Origin: Marine Group I thaumarchaeote
GTDB taxonomy: Archaea > Thermoproteota > Nitrososphaeria > Nitrososphaerales > Nitrosopumilaceae
Length of the DNA: 36,177 nucleotides
Direction: 5' to 3'
Assembly: GCA_044358425.1 (NCBI GenBank)
Contig: CP054849.1
Location: forward strand, 1,166,096 to 1,202,272
Shown piece by piece: positions 18,622 through 27,201 of the stretch. The position numbers and the translations under genes were made by a program. Numbering within the stretch: position 1 is the first letter of the stretch; the number at the start of each line of letters is the position of its first letter. A model generated the notes under the pieces. That model saw only the letters and a program-made list of their open reading frames with translations. It was not told where the DNA came from and did not search any database.

Positions 18622-18760
18622 TTTTTAGCATAAATAAATTGAAATTACATTATACTTTTTTTAAAAATTAAGATTATTAGTTCAAAATGATTAAACTCGT
18701 GCCTAAAATCACAGTAGAAAGTATAAAAAAGATAATCAAACAAAGTCAAATGAATAAAAA

Positions 18761-19642
18761 ATGATGTTAAATTATGATGCACCACTATACAGACCACCTT
18801 CAGAAGCTAGATCATTGATTTTCCAAGTTACATTAGGTTGTTCATTTAACGAATGCTCATTTTGTGATATGTATAGATCAAAAGAATATTCTGAAAGACC
18901 ATGGGAGGATGTAAAAGCTGAAATTGACATGATGGCAAAATATGTTCCAGATACAAGAAGAGTTTTTCTTGCAGATGGTGATGCATTAAATCTTGATTCT
19001 GAATACATGATTAAAATTTTAAAATACATTAGAGAAAAATTTGCAAATATCGAAAGAATTTCATGTTATGCTATGCCAATGAATATTTTGAAAAAAACTC
19101 CTGAAGAATTAAAGAAAATGAATAATGCAGGACTTGATATGTTTTATTTAGGAATTGAAAGTGGTTCGGATATTGTTTTGAAAAAAGTAACAAAAGGTGC
19201 AGTTGCAAAAACAATCATCAAATCAGTTAACAAAGCAAAAGAAGCAGGATACATCATGTCATGTATGGTAATTTTAGGATTGGGTGGAAAAAAATATTCA
19301 AAAGAACACATCAAAGGTACAGCAGAAGTGATTAGTGCATGTTCACCAAATTATGTTGGTGCATTAACATTATACCTAGAAAATGGAATCAAACAAGAAT
19401 TCATTGATAAGTATAATGGTGAATTTGTCAAAATAAATGATGATGAAGGATTAGAGGAACTTTATGAATTGGTTAATCAAATTAACACAGAAGAAGAAAT
19501 TGTATTTAGAGTAAATCATGGTTCTAATGCATATACTGTAAAAGGTACATTCCCTCAAGATAAACAAGAAATGCTAGATAAAGTGGAATGGATGAAAGAC
19601 CATCCAGAGATTGTACGTCCTCAAGGAATTAGAGGATTTTAA
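18761..19642 (+). CDS. Radical SAM protein of unknown substrate
   Basis: YRPPSEA, CSFNECSFC (CxxxCxxC), FLADGDAL, LGIESG. Confidence 0.92.
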   Translation: MMLNYDAPLYRPPSEARSLIFQVTLGCSFNECSFCDMYRSKEYSERPWEDVKAEIDMMAKYVPDTRRVFLADGDALNLDSEYMIKILKYIREKFANIERISCYAMPMNILKKTPEELKKMNNAGLDMFYLGIESGSDIVLKKVTKGAVAKTIIKSVNKAKEAGYIMSCMVILGLGGKKYSKEHIKGTAEVISACSPNYVGALTLYLENGIKQEFIDKYNGEFVKINDDEGLEELYELVNQINTEEEIVFRVNHGSNAYTVKGTFPQDKQEMLDKVEWMKDHPEIVRPQGIRGF

Positions 19643-19742
19643 ATCATCAGCCGTAAAGTAAGTAAGAATTTACTTTACTCATTACTTTCTTAGTGAATGA
19701 TTTGTGAAAATATCCACTAATGCGTTACAAACTATAATTTAA

Positions 19743-20351
19743 TTAATTCACAATAATAGTTCCGACCTGCCAAGCATGTAGCATACAATAGTACGGATAT
19801 TCACCAGAAACAGTTGGAGTCCATTCAAATGAATCTCCAGACATTAGTATACCTGAATCAAATGTACCGTCAGGGAATGGAGTAAATCCGTCAATAGTTC
19901 CTGATGTAAAAGAGTGAACTCCTGTTGAATCAGTATTGGTCATTATAATTTTGTCACCAATATTTGCTGAAAGATTAACTGGTGTGTAACATCCATCTCC
20001 CCCCATTGATACTGCACAATCTGCGGAATATCCAGATTTTTCTACTGTGCCAATGGTTCTAGTAATAGTTGAAACGGTATCAGCATTACTTGAAGATGTG
20101 TTACTAGAAGACGTATTACTAGAAGATGATTGTTCTGCAATTCCTGCGGAATATCCATCATCATAAGCATTTTTCAAATCAGATGCGATAGAACTTTTTA
20201 AACTTGAAATTTCAGACTCTAAACTTGCAACTTTATTTTCTAATTGGAAAACATCAGTAGTATAGAAAGTAGCAGTATAGTAAGTAAAGTAAGTAGTTGT
20301 AGTAGCACTAACAATAATGACCAATGCCAATACTACATACAATAATTTCAT
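19743..20351 (-). CDS. Membrane-anchored cupredoxin (blue copper) domain protein
   Basis: N-terminal TM, short coiled coil, Ser-rich linker, H(SFTSG)...FDSG...YYCMLHAWQVG. Confidence 0.88.
   Translation of the reverse strand: MKLLYVVLALVIIVSATTTTYFTYYTATFYTTDVFQLENKVASLESEISSLKSSIASDLKNAYDDGYSAGIAEQSSSSNTSSSNTSSSNADTVSTITRTIGTVEKSGYSADCAVSMGGDGCYTPVNLSANIGDKIIMTNTDSTGVHSFTSGTIDGFTPFPDGTFDSGILMSGDSFEWTPTVSGEYPYYCMLHAWQVGTIIVN
20085..20128 (-). repeat. Imperfect 15-bp tandem repeat encoding an SSSN(T/A) x3 linker
   Basis: TTACT(T/A)GAAGA recurs three times at 15-nt spacing on the + strand. Confidence 0.75.
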
Positions 20352-20501
20352 ATTATTACTTAATCAAAGAAGTTTTAAAATAAAAAAGACACTACATCGT
20401 GAACCTTTGCACTTCAAAGGAAAAGACATTTTTAAAAACCAAGAAAAAATCTAAAAAAACAGATTATGTTAGTCAACTTTGAATGTAAAATCTATGATCT
20501 G

Positions 20502-20939
20502 TTAAGATTTAGTTGTTAAAAGATGACAATGGGATTTATGATGAATTTCATTTATGATATCATCAAAAAGTGTTATTTCTTCTAGGGATAATTTTGGATA
20601 GTCGACAATTAACAAATCAATATTATTTTCTTTAACATAATCAATTACCCAATGGGAAATATTCTCAGTTAATGCTAATTTTGTCTTAATTGGAACTCCT
20701 TGTTTTTGAGCAATTCCTTTCCAGTTTTCTAATTCCTTTTTTAATTTTGTAGTCTGATTTTGTGTTAATTTTTTGTCAGATTTTGTTTCAAAAAAATAAA
20801 ATTTTGGTGGAGTTTTGTACATACATTCTATCACCGTCAATTCTGAATCAAATTTTTTAGCCATTTCAAGACCAAGTTCAAAGGATTTCTTGGTATGTGT
20901 TGGAGTAATAATTGCAACAGCTACTTTACGAAATGGCAT
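20502..20939 (-). CDS. Universal stress protein (UspA family), degenerate
   Basis: FRKVAVAI...AKKFDSELTVI...IDYVKENNIDLLIV Usp pattern. Confidence 0.82.
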   Translation of the reverse strand: MPFRKVAVAIITPTHTKKSFELGLEMAKKFDSELTVIECMYKTPPKFYFFETKSDKKLTQNQTTKLKKELENWKGIAQKQGVPIKTKLALTENISHWVIDYVKENNIDLLIVDYPKLSLEEITLFDDIINEIHHKSHCHLLTTKS

Positions 20940-21082
20940 ATTTTTAGTTCACAGTAATTGTAAATTAATACTTTCTATTCCACCTAGGTTATTTTTGGAT
21001 GTATAATTCTTAAAAAACCCTATTTCAAAGCAAAATTAACTTTTGAGAAATGGTAAACCCGTAGTTTTTGTCAAATTAAAAA

Positions 21083-21343
21083 TTATAAATTCTCAATAAT
21101 AGATTTTAGGTTATCAGGAAGATCAGGTAATTCAGTATGACTTTCGTTATTTTGAAGAACTTCAGGACCAATCCGTCTAACTATTTGTGTTGCAATTAAA
21201 GTATCAATATTCCTTTGAATATCTTTTTCACTCATTACAGTTTTTAATTTTTCAAAAACCGTTTCTTCGTTTTCATATTTTTTAATCCCATATTGTACTA
21301 AAATGGTTTTTTCAGTAGTGGAAAATTCAGGCATATACTTCAT
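21083..21343 (-). CDS. Small hypothetical protein (possible winged-helix-like)
   Basis: 86-aa ORF containing SEKDIQRNIDTLIATQIVRRIG. Confidence 0.7.
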   Translation of the reverse strand: MKYMPEFSTTEKTILVQYGIKKYENEETVFEKLKTVMSEKDIQRNIDTLIATQIVRRIGPEVLQNNESHTELPDLPDNLKSIIENL

Positions 21344-21411
21344 TATAAAATTAAGGCTAAGAATCTTTTGTTATCAAAAAATGCTTAAAATATGATAGAT
21401 TTTATTTTAAA

Positions 21412-21921
21412 ATGATGCAAACAAAGTTCCAATTAATTTCAAATGTTTTAACAATGAGAAAATATGCTATGATTGGAATAGTTAGTGGCTTAGGTTTAGG
21501 AGTAATTTATTATTTTTTGACAATGTCAATGTTACCGACTCATTTTGATGCAGAATTAGAAATAGCACCATTTTACATTTTTACATCAATTGGACTGACA
21601 GTAGTGATTTCATCTTTAGCAGGAATAAATTTTGCAATGATGGCATTTAAAATCAATCAAATGAAAAAAATGAATTCAGTGAAACCCAATTCAGTAAAAA
21701 CAAATTCATCAGCACTTTTTGGAGGAGTTTTTGCTGCATTCACACCTGGATGTCCTGCATGTACTGCTCCATTAGCCGTAATTTTAGGAGCAGTGGGCGG
21801 ATTATCATTATTTCCAATGCAAGGACTAGAATTGAAATTTATTTCAGTAGGAGTATTGATCTTTTCAATTTATTGGATTACAAGAGGGTTACAAAGTAAA
21901 AGCTGTTGTAAAATTGGGTAA
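21412..21921 (+). CDS. Hypothetical membrane protein with PGCPAC and C-terminal CC motifs
   Basis: About four TM segments; GCPACTAPL; ends in SCCKIG. Confidence 0.8.
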   Translation: MMQTKFQLISNVLTMRKYAMIGIVSGLGLGVIYYFLTMSMLPTHFDAELEIAPFYIFTSIGLTVVISSLAGINFAMMAFKINQMKKMNSVKPNSVKTNSSALFGGVFAAFTPGCPACTAPLAVILGAVGGLSLFPMQGLELKFISVGVLIFSIYWITRGLQSKSCCKIG

Positions 21922-21926
21922 GTAAA

Positions 21927-22907
21927 TTATTTTCTTCTTTGAACTTGGAAGATTTTGTATCCATATTTTTTATTTATTTCAGTTTCAGGTAATTGAGAAA
22001 TATCATATTCATTAAAATTTTTAAAAACATTATACAAATTATTATCAATTATCAAACTATTTTCAGGACATAATGAATTTATTTTAAAACATCGATTAAC
22101 AGTTGGTCCAAAAATATCACTTATTGTTGATGTACTACTCTGAGCTACTTTAACTGAACCATAACTAATACTAATTTTATAATTTAATTCAGGCATTTTT
22201 TCTTCTAGAAGTTGTTTTTTTAGATCAGAATGAGATTCAATCATATTCAAACAACATTCTAGAATATTTTTTGTAACTTTAGAGTCACTGAGATCTGTAT
22301 TTGGGAATCTAAACATTAGAGCATCACCAATATTTTTTACTACTTGACCATCATAATTTTTAACAATTTTAGCCATGAAATTTAGAAAAATTTCATATAA
22401 TTTAGTAACATTATCATCTGATAAAGTAGCAGAAATTTTTGTAGAATCTTTCATATCAATTACAGCAACACAATCATTTTGAGTATTTTGAGAAAATTTT
22501 AGAAGTATATCCTCTTGTTGTTTGATTACTTCTTCTTTTTGTTTAATTGTAATTTCTGCCTCTTGAAGTTTTTTGGTCATATTATCAAAGGATTCAGAAA
22601 GATCACCTATCTCATCACGAGATTTAATATTAGTTCTAACATTAAAGTCACCACGTGAAATTTGATATGTTGCTTCACTAAGTTTTGCGATAGGTTCAGA
22701 AAGACGTTTTGCTAAAAAATATGTTAAAATACTTAATCCAATCATTAAAGAAATCCCAATTATTATGATATTGACTTGTGATTGAAAAATTGAGATTTTT
22801 TCAAAATTAAGAAATATCACAGTTGTTGTAGATATAGAAATCAAAGTTGTGGATAAAACCAATACAAGTAATTTTTTCTGTAGACTGAAAAATGTAAAAG
22901 ATGACAT
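21927..22907 (-). CDS. Membrane-bound HAMP + class III adenylate/guanylate cyclase
   Basis: Two TMs; HAMP (PIAKLSEA..ISRGDF...DEIGDLSESFDNM); IDMKDST, KNIGDALM, DIFGPTVN. Confidence 0.9.
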   Translation of the reverse strand: MSSFTFFSLQKKLLVLVLSTTLISISTTTVIFLNFEKISIFQSQVNIIIIGISLMIGLSILTYFLAKRLSEPIAKLSEATYQISRGDFNVRTNIKSRDEIGDLSESFDNMTKKLQEAEITIKQKEEVIKQQEDILLKFSQNTQNDCVAVIDMKDSTKISATLSDDNVTKLYEIFLNFMAKIVKNYDGQVVKNIGDALMFRFPNTDLSDSKVTKNILECCLNMIESHSDLKKQLLEEKMPELNYKISISYGSVKVAQSSTSTISDIFGPTVNRCFKINSLCPENSLIIDNNLYNVFKNFNEYDISQLPETEINKKYGYKIFQVQRRK

Positions 22908-22977
22908 ATACTAGTAAATGATCATTATGATTAATAGCAATGACGTTATTCTCAGTTTTGGTCATATAATAAAAAAG

Positions 22978-23052
22978 TGGGCCCACGGTGATTTGAACAC
23001 CGGATCTTCGCCGTGTAAGGGCGACGTCATAACCGAGCTAGACTATGAGCCC
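22978..23052 (-). tRNA. tRNA-Val(TAC)
   Basis: Minus strand: GGGCTCA...TCGCC CTTACAC GGCGA...GTTCAAATC...TGGGCCCA, followed by a T-run. Confidence 0.95.
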
Positions 23053-23133
23053 ACTGAAACATACCTCGTTGAAATCCATTTAAACTTTGAGACATGGTAA
23101 AATATAGAAATCTGATAAAAAATAATCAAGATT

Positions 23134-24150
23134 ATGAATAATTATGATTTTTTTTCCAGTCCAATTGGGTTAGGTCACGTTACTAGAGATATTGCAATTG
23201 TCAAAAATCTTAAAGATTTTTCTTTTAATTTTGTCACAGGTAGTGGAGCAGCTAAAATTTTAAAAAAAATTAATTATAATGTTAATGATGTCTATAACCC
23301 ACCCTCATTTGTTGTAGAAAATGGAGTACTGAATAATCAAACAAAATGGCTATGGAGTTATTATCAATATTATAAAAATTGTAAAAACATATCTAAAAAA
23401 ATAATTAAAAAAAATAATTCAGAACTAATAATTAGTGATGAAGATTTTGCATCATTAACTAATGCACAAGAACTAAAAATTCCAAATATTTTGATTACAG
23501 ATGTATTAGAGACTAAATTTACAAAAGGAATCGCATCATTTATCGAAAAAAAGATGAATAAATCAATGATGAATATTATTAAAAATTGTGATGCAGTAAT
23601 AATTCCAGAAAATGGAGAAGATGTTGACAACATTAGGAGAATTGGACCAATTGTTAGAGAGATAAATCTCTCAAGAGAAGAATTAAGAAAAAAATTTTTG
23701 TTTAATAAAAAAACAATTCTTATTTCAGTTGGTGGTACAAATGCAGGATTGTTTTTAATCCAAAAATCAATAGAATCAATTTTAAAATTAAATTTAGACA
23801 TTGAAATTATTCTAGTAACGGGTCCATCTATAACAAAAAAATTTGATAATGTAAAAAATTTAGGATTTGTAGATAACTTGCATGAATTAATTTATGCATC
23901 AGATGTAGTAATTTCACTAGCAGGAAAATCAACAATTGATGAAGCTAATGCATACGGTACACCTGGAATATTTATTCCCATTAAAGATCATTTTGAACAA
24001 GAAAATAATTCTAAAAACGAAGGATTTAGTTTTAATGATATCAACAAATTAGATGAATTAATTTTAGAAAAACTAGAGAAGAAAAGAAATAAAGTAAATG
24101 CTAATGGTGCAGAATTAGCCGCAGAAATTATTAGAAAATTTACAAAATAG
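23134..24150 (+). CDS. Glycosyltransferase, GT-B fold (MurG/GT28-like)
   Basis: GLGHVTR, ISVGG, ISLAGKSTIDEA and DHFEQ motifs. Confidence 0.88.
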   Translation: MNNYDFFSSPIGLGHVTRDIAIVKNLKDFSFNFVTGSGAAKILKKINYNVNDVYNPPSFVVENGVLNNQTKWLWSYYQYYKNCKNISKKIIKKNNSELIISDEDFASLTNAQELKIPNILITDVLETKFTKGIASFIEKKMNKSMMNIIKNCDAVIIPENGEDVDNIRRIGPIVREINLSREELRKKFLFNKKTILISVGGTNAGLFLIQKSIESILKLNLDIEIILVTGPSITKKFDNVKNLGFVDNLHELIYASDVVISLAGKSTIDEANAYGTPGIFIPIKDHFEQENNSKNEGFSFNDINKLDELILEKLEKKRNKVNANGAELAAEIIRKFTK

Positions 24151-24194
24151 AATCAAATAGTTAATAGATGGCAATTTAGTTTTAAGACAATACT

Positions 24195-25610
24195 ATGAAT
24201 AATTTGATCATTGCAAAATTTGGAGGCAGTGCAATAGGTTCTGATGGCGAATCAATTCCACAAATTATTGAAAGAATAAAGGATTTGAAAATAGATTCTA
24301 AAGTAATTACTGTATTTTCGGCTCCATTAACCATACATGATGGGAAAAGACGTTCTTTAACAGATGTAATATTAGAACAAGGTAAAAATGCCGAAAATGG
24401 AATCAAGCCATCATTAGATATTGTTAAAACATGTTATCAAAAAATTATTCAATTAGTAAATGAAGAAAATAAAGAAAATTGTCAAAATACAATTAACGTA
24501 CATCTAGAGAAATCTCAAAAAGCTCTTGAAGATGCACTTCAAAATAAAGAATTTGCAGATGAAACAAGATCAAGAGCATTAGCATTTTCAGGAGAAATTT
24601 TAATGTCTCATGTTATGAATCATGTTTTACGAAGTAATAACATCAAGACAGATGCAGTGGAATTTGATGACTGGCCAATAATTACAGATAACAACATAGA
24701 ATCAACAAATTTTCTTAAATCTGAATCAAACGAAAAAATTGGTAAAATTGAAAAATTAGTAGAAAGTAATCAAGTTGTTACAATTGGAGGATTCATCGGA
24801 AAAACAATAGATAATGTAACAACCACATATGAGCGCGGAGGTTCAGATAGGACTGCAGCAGACCTAGGTATATTATTTCATAAAAAATATGAAACCAGTA
24901 TAGATTTCGAAAAAGATAGTTCAGTAGTATCAGCTGATCCAAAAATTGTAAAAGATGGATTAAGAGAAGTTTTTCAATTATCATATAATGAAGCTAGACT
25001 TGCAGGTATGTTTGGGATGAAAATTTTAGATCCAATTGCAATTAAAGAAATTGTTGAACATGGGGTAGACATGCCAATTAAAATTACCAATATTAAAAAT
25101 CCTAAAAAAATTACCATGATTAAAAGACAATTAGATGAACAAAAGGGTCATCCGATAAAAATAGTTACAGGAAAAGAAAATTGTGCCATATTTAGAATAG
25201 AGACAAATTCAATACAGAAATTATTAACATCCTTAGACAAAGATAAACGATATAGTGAATTCATAATTTTATCACCGTTTACAAAAGATGGTGTAGAATT
25301 ATCAAGAATATTATTTTTAGATGGAGATTATGTTAAAAGAAATGAAAAATACTTTTTAGGATTTGATTCGCTTGCTACAATTACTTACAACAGAGGAGTC
25401 ATCACATTGATTGGAGATGAAATGTGGAGAGTACAACAAGTTGCATCAAGAACTAGTGCAAAAATTGGTGAATCAGGATTAAATATTTTGAATATGGATG
25501 CACAAGAGGAAACATCAAGAATTCTGATTGTTGTAGAAGATGCTGAAGAAAATATTAGAAAAGCTATTGTTGCAGTACATGAAGAAATCTCAAAAATTAA
25601 TTTTATTTAA
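24195..25610 (+). CDS. lysC: Aspartate kinase with C-terminal ACT domain
   Basis: KFGGS, GGFIG, RGGSDRTAA, ADP, LSYNEA..GMKIL motifs. Confidence 0.9.
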   Translation: MNNLIIAKFGGSAIGSDGESIPQIIERIKDLKIDSKVITVFSAPLTIHDGKRRSLTDVILEQGKNAENGIKPSLDIVKTCYQKIIQLVNEENKENCQNTINVHLEKSQKALEDALQNKEFADETRSRALAFSGEILMSHVMNHVLRSNNIKTDAVEFDDWPIITDNNIESTNFLKSESNEKIGKIEKLVESNQVVTIGGFIGKTIDNVTTTYERGGSDRTAADLGILFHKKYETSIDFEKDSSVVSADPKIVKDGLREVFQLSYNEARLAGMFGMKILDPIAIKEIVEHGVDMPIKITNIKNPKKITMIKRQLDEQKGHPIKIVTGKENCAIFRIETNSIQKLLTSLDKDKRYSEFIILSPFTKDGVELSRILFLDGDYVKRNEKYFLGFDSLATITYNRGVITLIGDEMWRVQQVASRTSAKIGESGLNILNMDAQEETSRILIVVEDAEENIRKAIVAVHEEISKINFI

Positions 25611-25617
25611 TTAAAGC

Positions 25618-25708
25618 ATGGCGTTACAGGTTTTCACCAGTAAACGCCATTAAGGGTTTATTCTTGGACTCTTTATCTAGACTTAGTCCGGCGTTACCCA
25701 CAACACGC
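25618..25708. ncRNA. Candidate structured RNA element between convergent genes
   Basis: Locally GC-enriched. Hairpin ATGGCGTT/AACGCCAT, stem GGACT/AGTCC, and GGGT/ACCC and GCGT/ACGC pairings. Confidence 0.4.
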
Positions 25709-25753
25709 TACTATACTTACAACAATTTACTATTTAATTCTAATCTATATAGT

Positions 25754-25960
25754 TCAGAGTCGTTCAGCTATATACCAACAAGCAATTCCAATTCCAATGA
25801 TTGCATACCATTTGAAATTACTCTTATTTGTAAAAATATTCGGCGAGGCTAATTCTCCATCTGGATGATTTGTCAAACGGATTTTACGCATTTGGAATGC
25901 TTGACCAATCAAGCCTACAGTAAGAAAAATAATTGCAATAAATCCCAAAGTCCATTCCAT
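25754..25960 (-). CDS. Small 2-TM hypothetical protein
   Basis: 68 aa; two hydrophobic helices with a soluble loop; divergent from ilvE. Confidence 0.75.
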   Translation of the reverse strand: MEWTLGFIAIIFLTVGLIGQAFQMRKIRLTNHPDGELASPNIFTNKSNFKWYAIIGIGIACWYIAERL

Positions 25961-26054
25961 ATCATTCTAAATCATTAATCAGATATGTAGTTTCCAGGTT
26001 AACAAATAAGCAAAAAAATAACTCTTTAAATTACGATGATTTTTTTCTTTTCCT

Positions 26055-26969
26055 ATGATAGAAACTGGTAAAATATGGATGAATGGAAAATTAGTTCCTT
26101 TCAAAGATGCCAAAGTTCACGTATTGACACATGCATTACATTATTCAACATCAATTTTTGAAGGGATCAGATGTTATGATACTCCTAATGGTTCAGCAAT
26201 TTTCAGATTACCAGAACATGTTGAAAGGTTATTCAAATCTGCAAAACTATATTCAATGAAAATGCAATTTACTCAAAAAGAAATTTCAGAAGGAATTGTA
26301 AAAACGATTAAAGCTAGTGGGCTAAAAGAAGCTTACATCAGACCATTAGCATACTATGGATATGGAACTATGGGATTAACACCCACAACCAACAAAGTGG
26401 ATATGTCAATATCATGTTGGGAATGGAAAATGGGAGAATCAAAAGCTGGTAAATTTTCAGGAGCAAAATGTAAAGTTTCTAGTTGGATAAAAATTGATTC
26501 AAGATCACAACCAATGCAAGCCAAAGCAGCATCGAATTATGCAAATGCTGCTTTAGCAAGAATGGAAGCATTGGATAACGGATATGATGAAGCAATTATG
26601 TTAAATTCACAAGGAAAAGTTGCAGAAGGAAGTGCTGAAAATATATTCATCATAAAAGACGACATTATACAAACACCACCGCTATCTGCTGGTGGACTTG
26701 AAGGAATTACTAGAGATAGCATTATACAAATAATTGAAGAAAATGGTGGTTTTGTAATTGAACGAGATTTGGAAAGAGATGATCTGTATAACGCAGATGA
26801 AATTTTCATGACAGGTACTGCTGCAGAAGTAAAATCAGTTACACAAATCGATAAAGTCAAAATTGGAACAGGAAAAATGGGTAGTGTCACCAAAGCATTA
26901 CAAAAATCATTTACAGATGTAGTAATGGGTAAAGATGAAAGATTTTTGCCATGGTTAACCTTCATCTAA
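26055..26969 (+). CDS. ilvE: Branched-chain amino acid aminotransferase
   Basis: HALHY...FEGIR, AKAASNY (PLP Lys), EGSAENIF, LEGITR, GTAAEV. Confidence 0.96.
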   Translation: MIETGKIWMNGKLVPFKDAKVHVLTHALHYSTSIFEGIRCYDTPNGSAIFRLPEHVERLFKSAKLYSMKMQFTQKEISEGIVKTIKASGLKEAYIRPLAYYGYGTMGLTPTTNKVDMSISCWEWKMGESKAGKFSGAKCKVSSWIKIDSRSQPMQAKAASNYANAALARMEALDNGYDEAIMLNSQGKVAEGSAENIFIIKDDIIQTPPLSAGGLEGITRDSIIQIIEENGGFVIERDLERDDLYNADEIFMTGTAAEVKSVTQIDKVKIGTGKMGSVTKALQKSFTDVVMGKDERFLPWLTFI

Positions 26970-27008
26970 TTTCAAATGATTTTTTTACTCAAAAAAATAT
27001 AAGAAATT

Positions 27009-27170
27009 ATGGATTTATGTGCAACAGGTGATACACCAGAAATTTGTTGGTTTTGTAGAAAAGGACGTCACGAAGATTGTATGAAAAATATTCCAAAACA
27101 AGGAAAATCTGATGGACCGCATGATTGCACCTTTGATACACAACTAATACCATGTAAATGCCAACATTAA
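27009..27170 (+). CDS. Small Cys/His-rich protein, 53 aa (not in ORF track)
   Basis: MDLCATGDTPEICWFCRKGRHEDCMKNIPKQGKSDGPHDCTFDTQLIPCKCQH; co-oriented with both neighbours. Confidence 0.72.
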   Translation: MDLCATGDTPEICWFCRKGRHEDCMKNIPKQGKSDGPHDCTFDTQLIPCKCQH

Positions 27171-27201
27171 GAATAAGAAATAATAACAAATACAGCTTTA
27201 A

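Noticed and set aside
18687-18764. 25-aa ORF (MIKLVPKITVESIKKIIKQSQMNKK) overlapping the radical SAM start, considered as a RiPP precursor
   Set aside because: It spans the probable TATA (GTATAAAAA near 18721), has no precursor-like residues, and the enzyme lacks SPASM/RRE features.
14239-19029. ORFs 14239-14454, 14991-15185, 15935-16156, 16610-16897, 17381-17593 and 18772-19029
   Set aside because: Antisense shadows of well-supported enzymes.
19641-19703. Hammerhead ribozyme (minus strand has GAAA and CTGATGA)
   Set aside because: No stem III or UH site, and the stem is not adjacent to the core as required.
20404-20420. Hairpin CCTTTG-CACTT-CAAAGG upstream of the cupredoxin
   Set aside because: A single 6-bp stem; not enough to call an operator or RNA without conservation data.
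19643-23052. Integrated mobile element at tRNA-Val
   Set aside because: No integrase or transposase and no visible direct repeat of the tRNA 3' end; kept only as a possible variable islet.
20815-24984. ORFs 20815-21006, 22918-23100, 23370-23801, 24182-24406 and 24793-24984
   Set aside because: Antisense to Usp, tRNA-Val, the glycosyltransferase or aspartokinase.
25664-25852. 62-aa plus-strand ORF
   Set aside because: TTG start inside the structured element, overlaps the better 2-TM gene in antisense, and has an unprotein-like composition.
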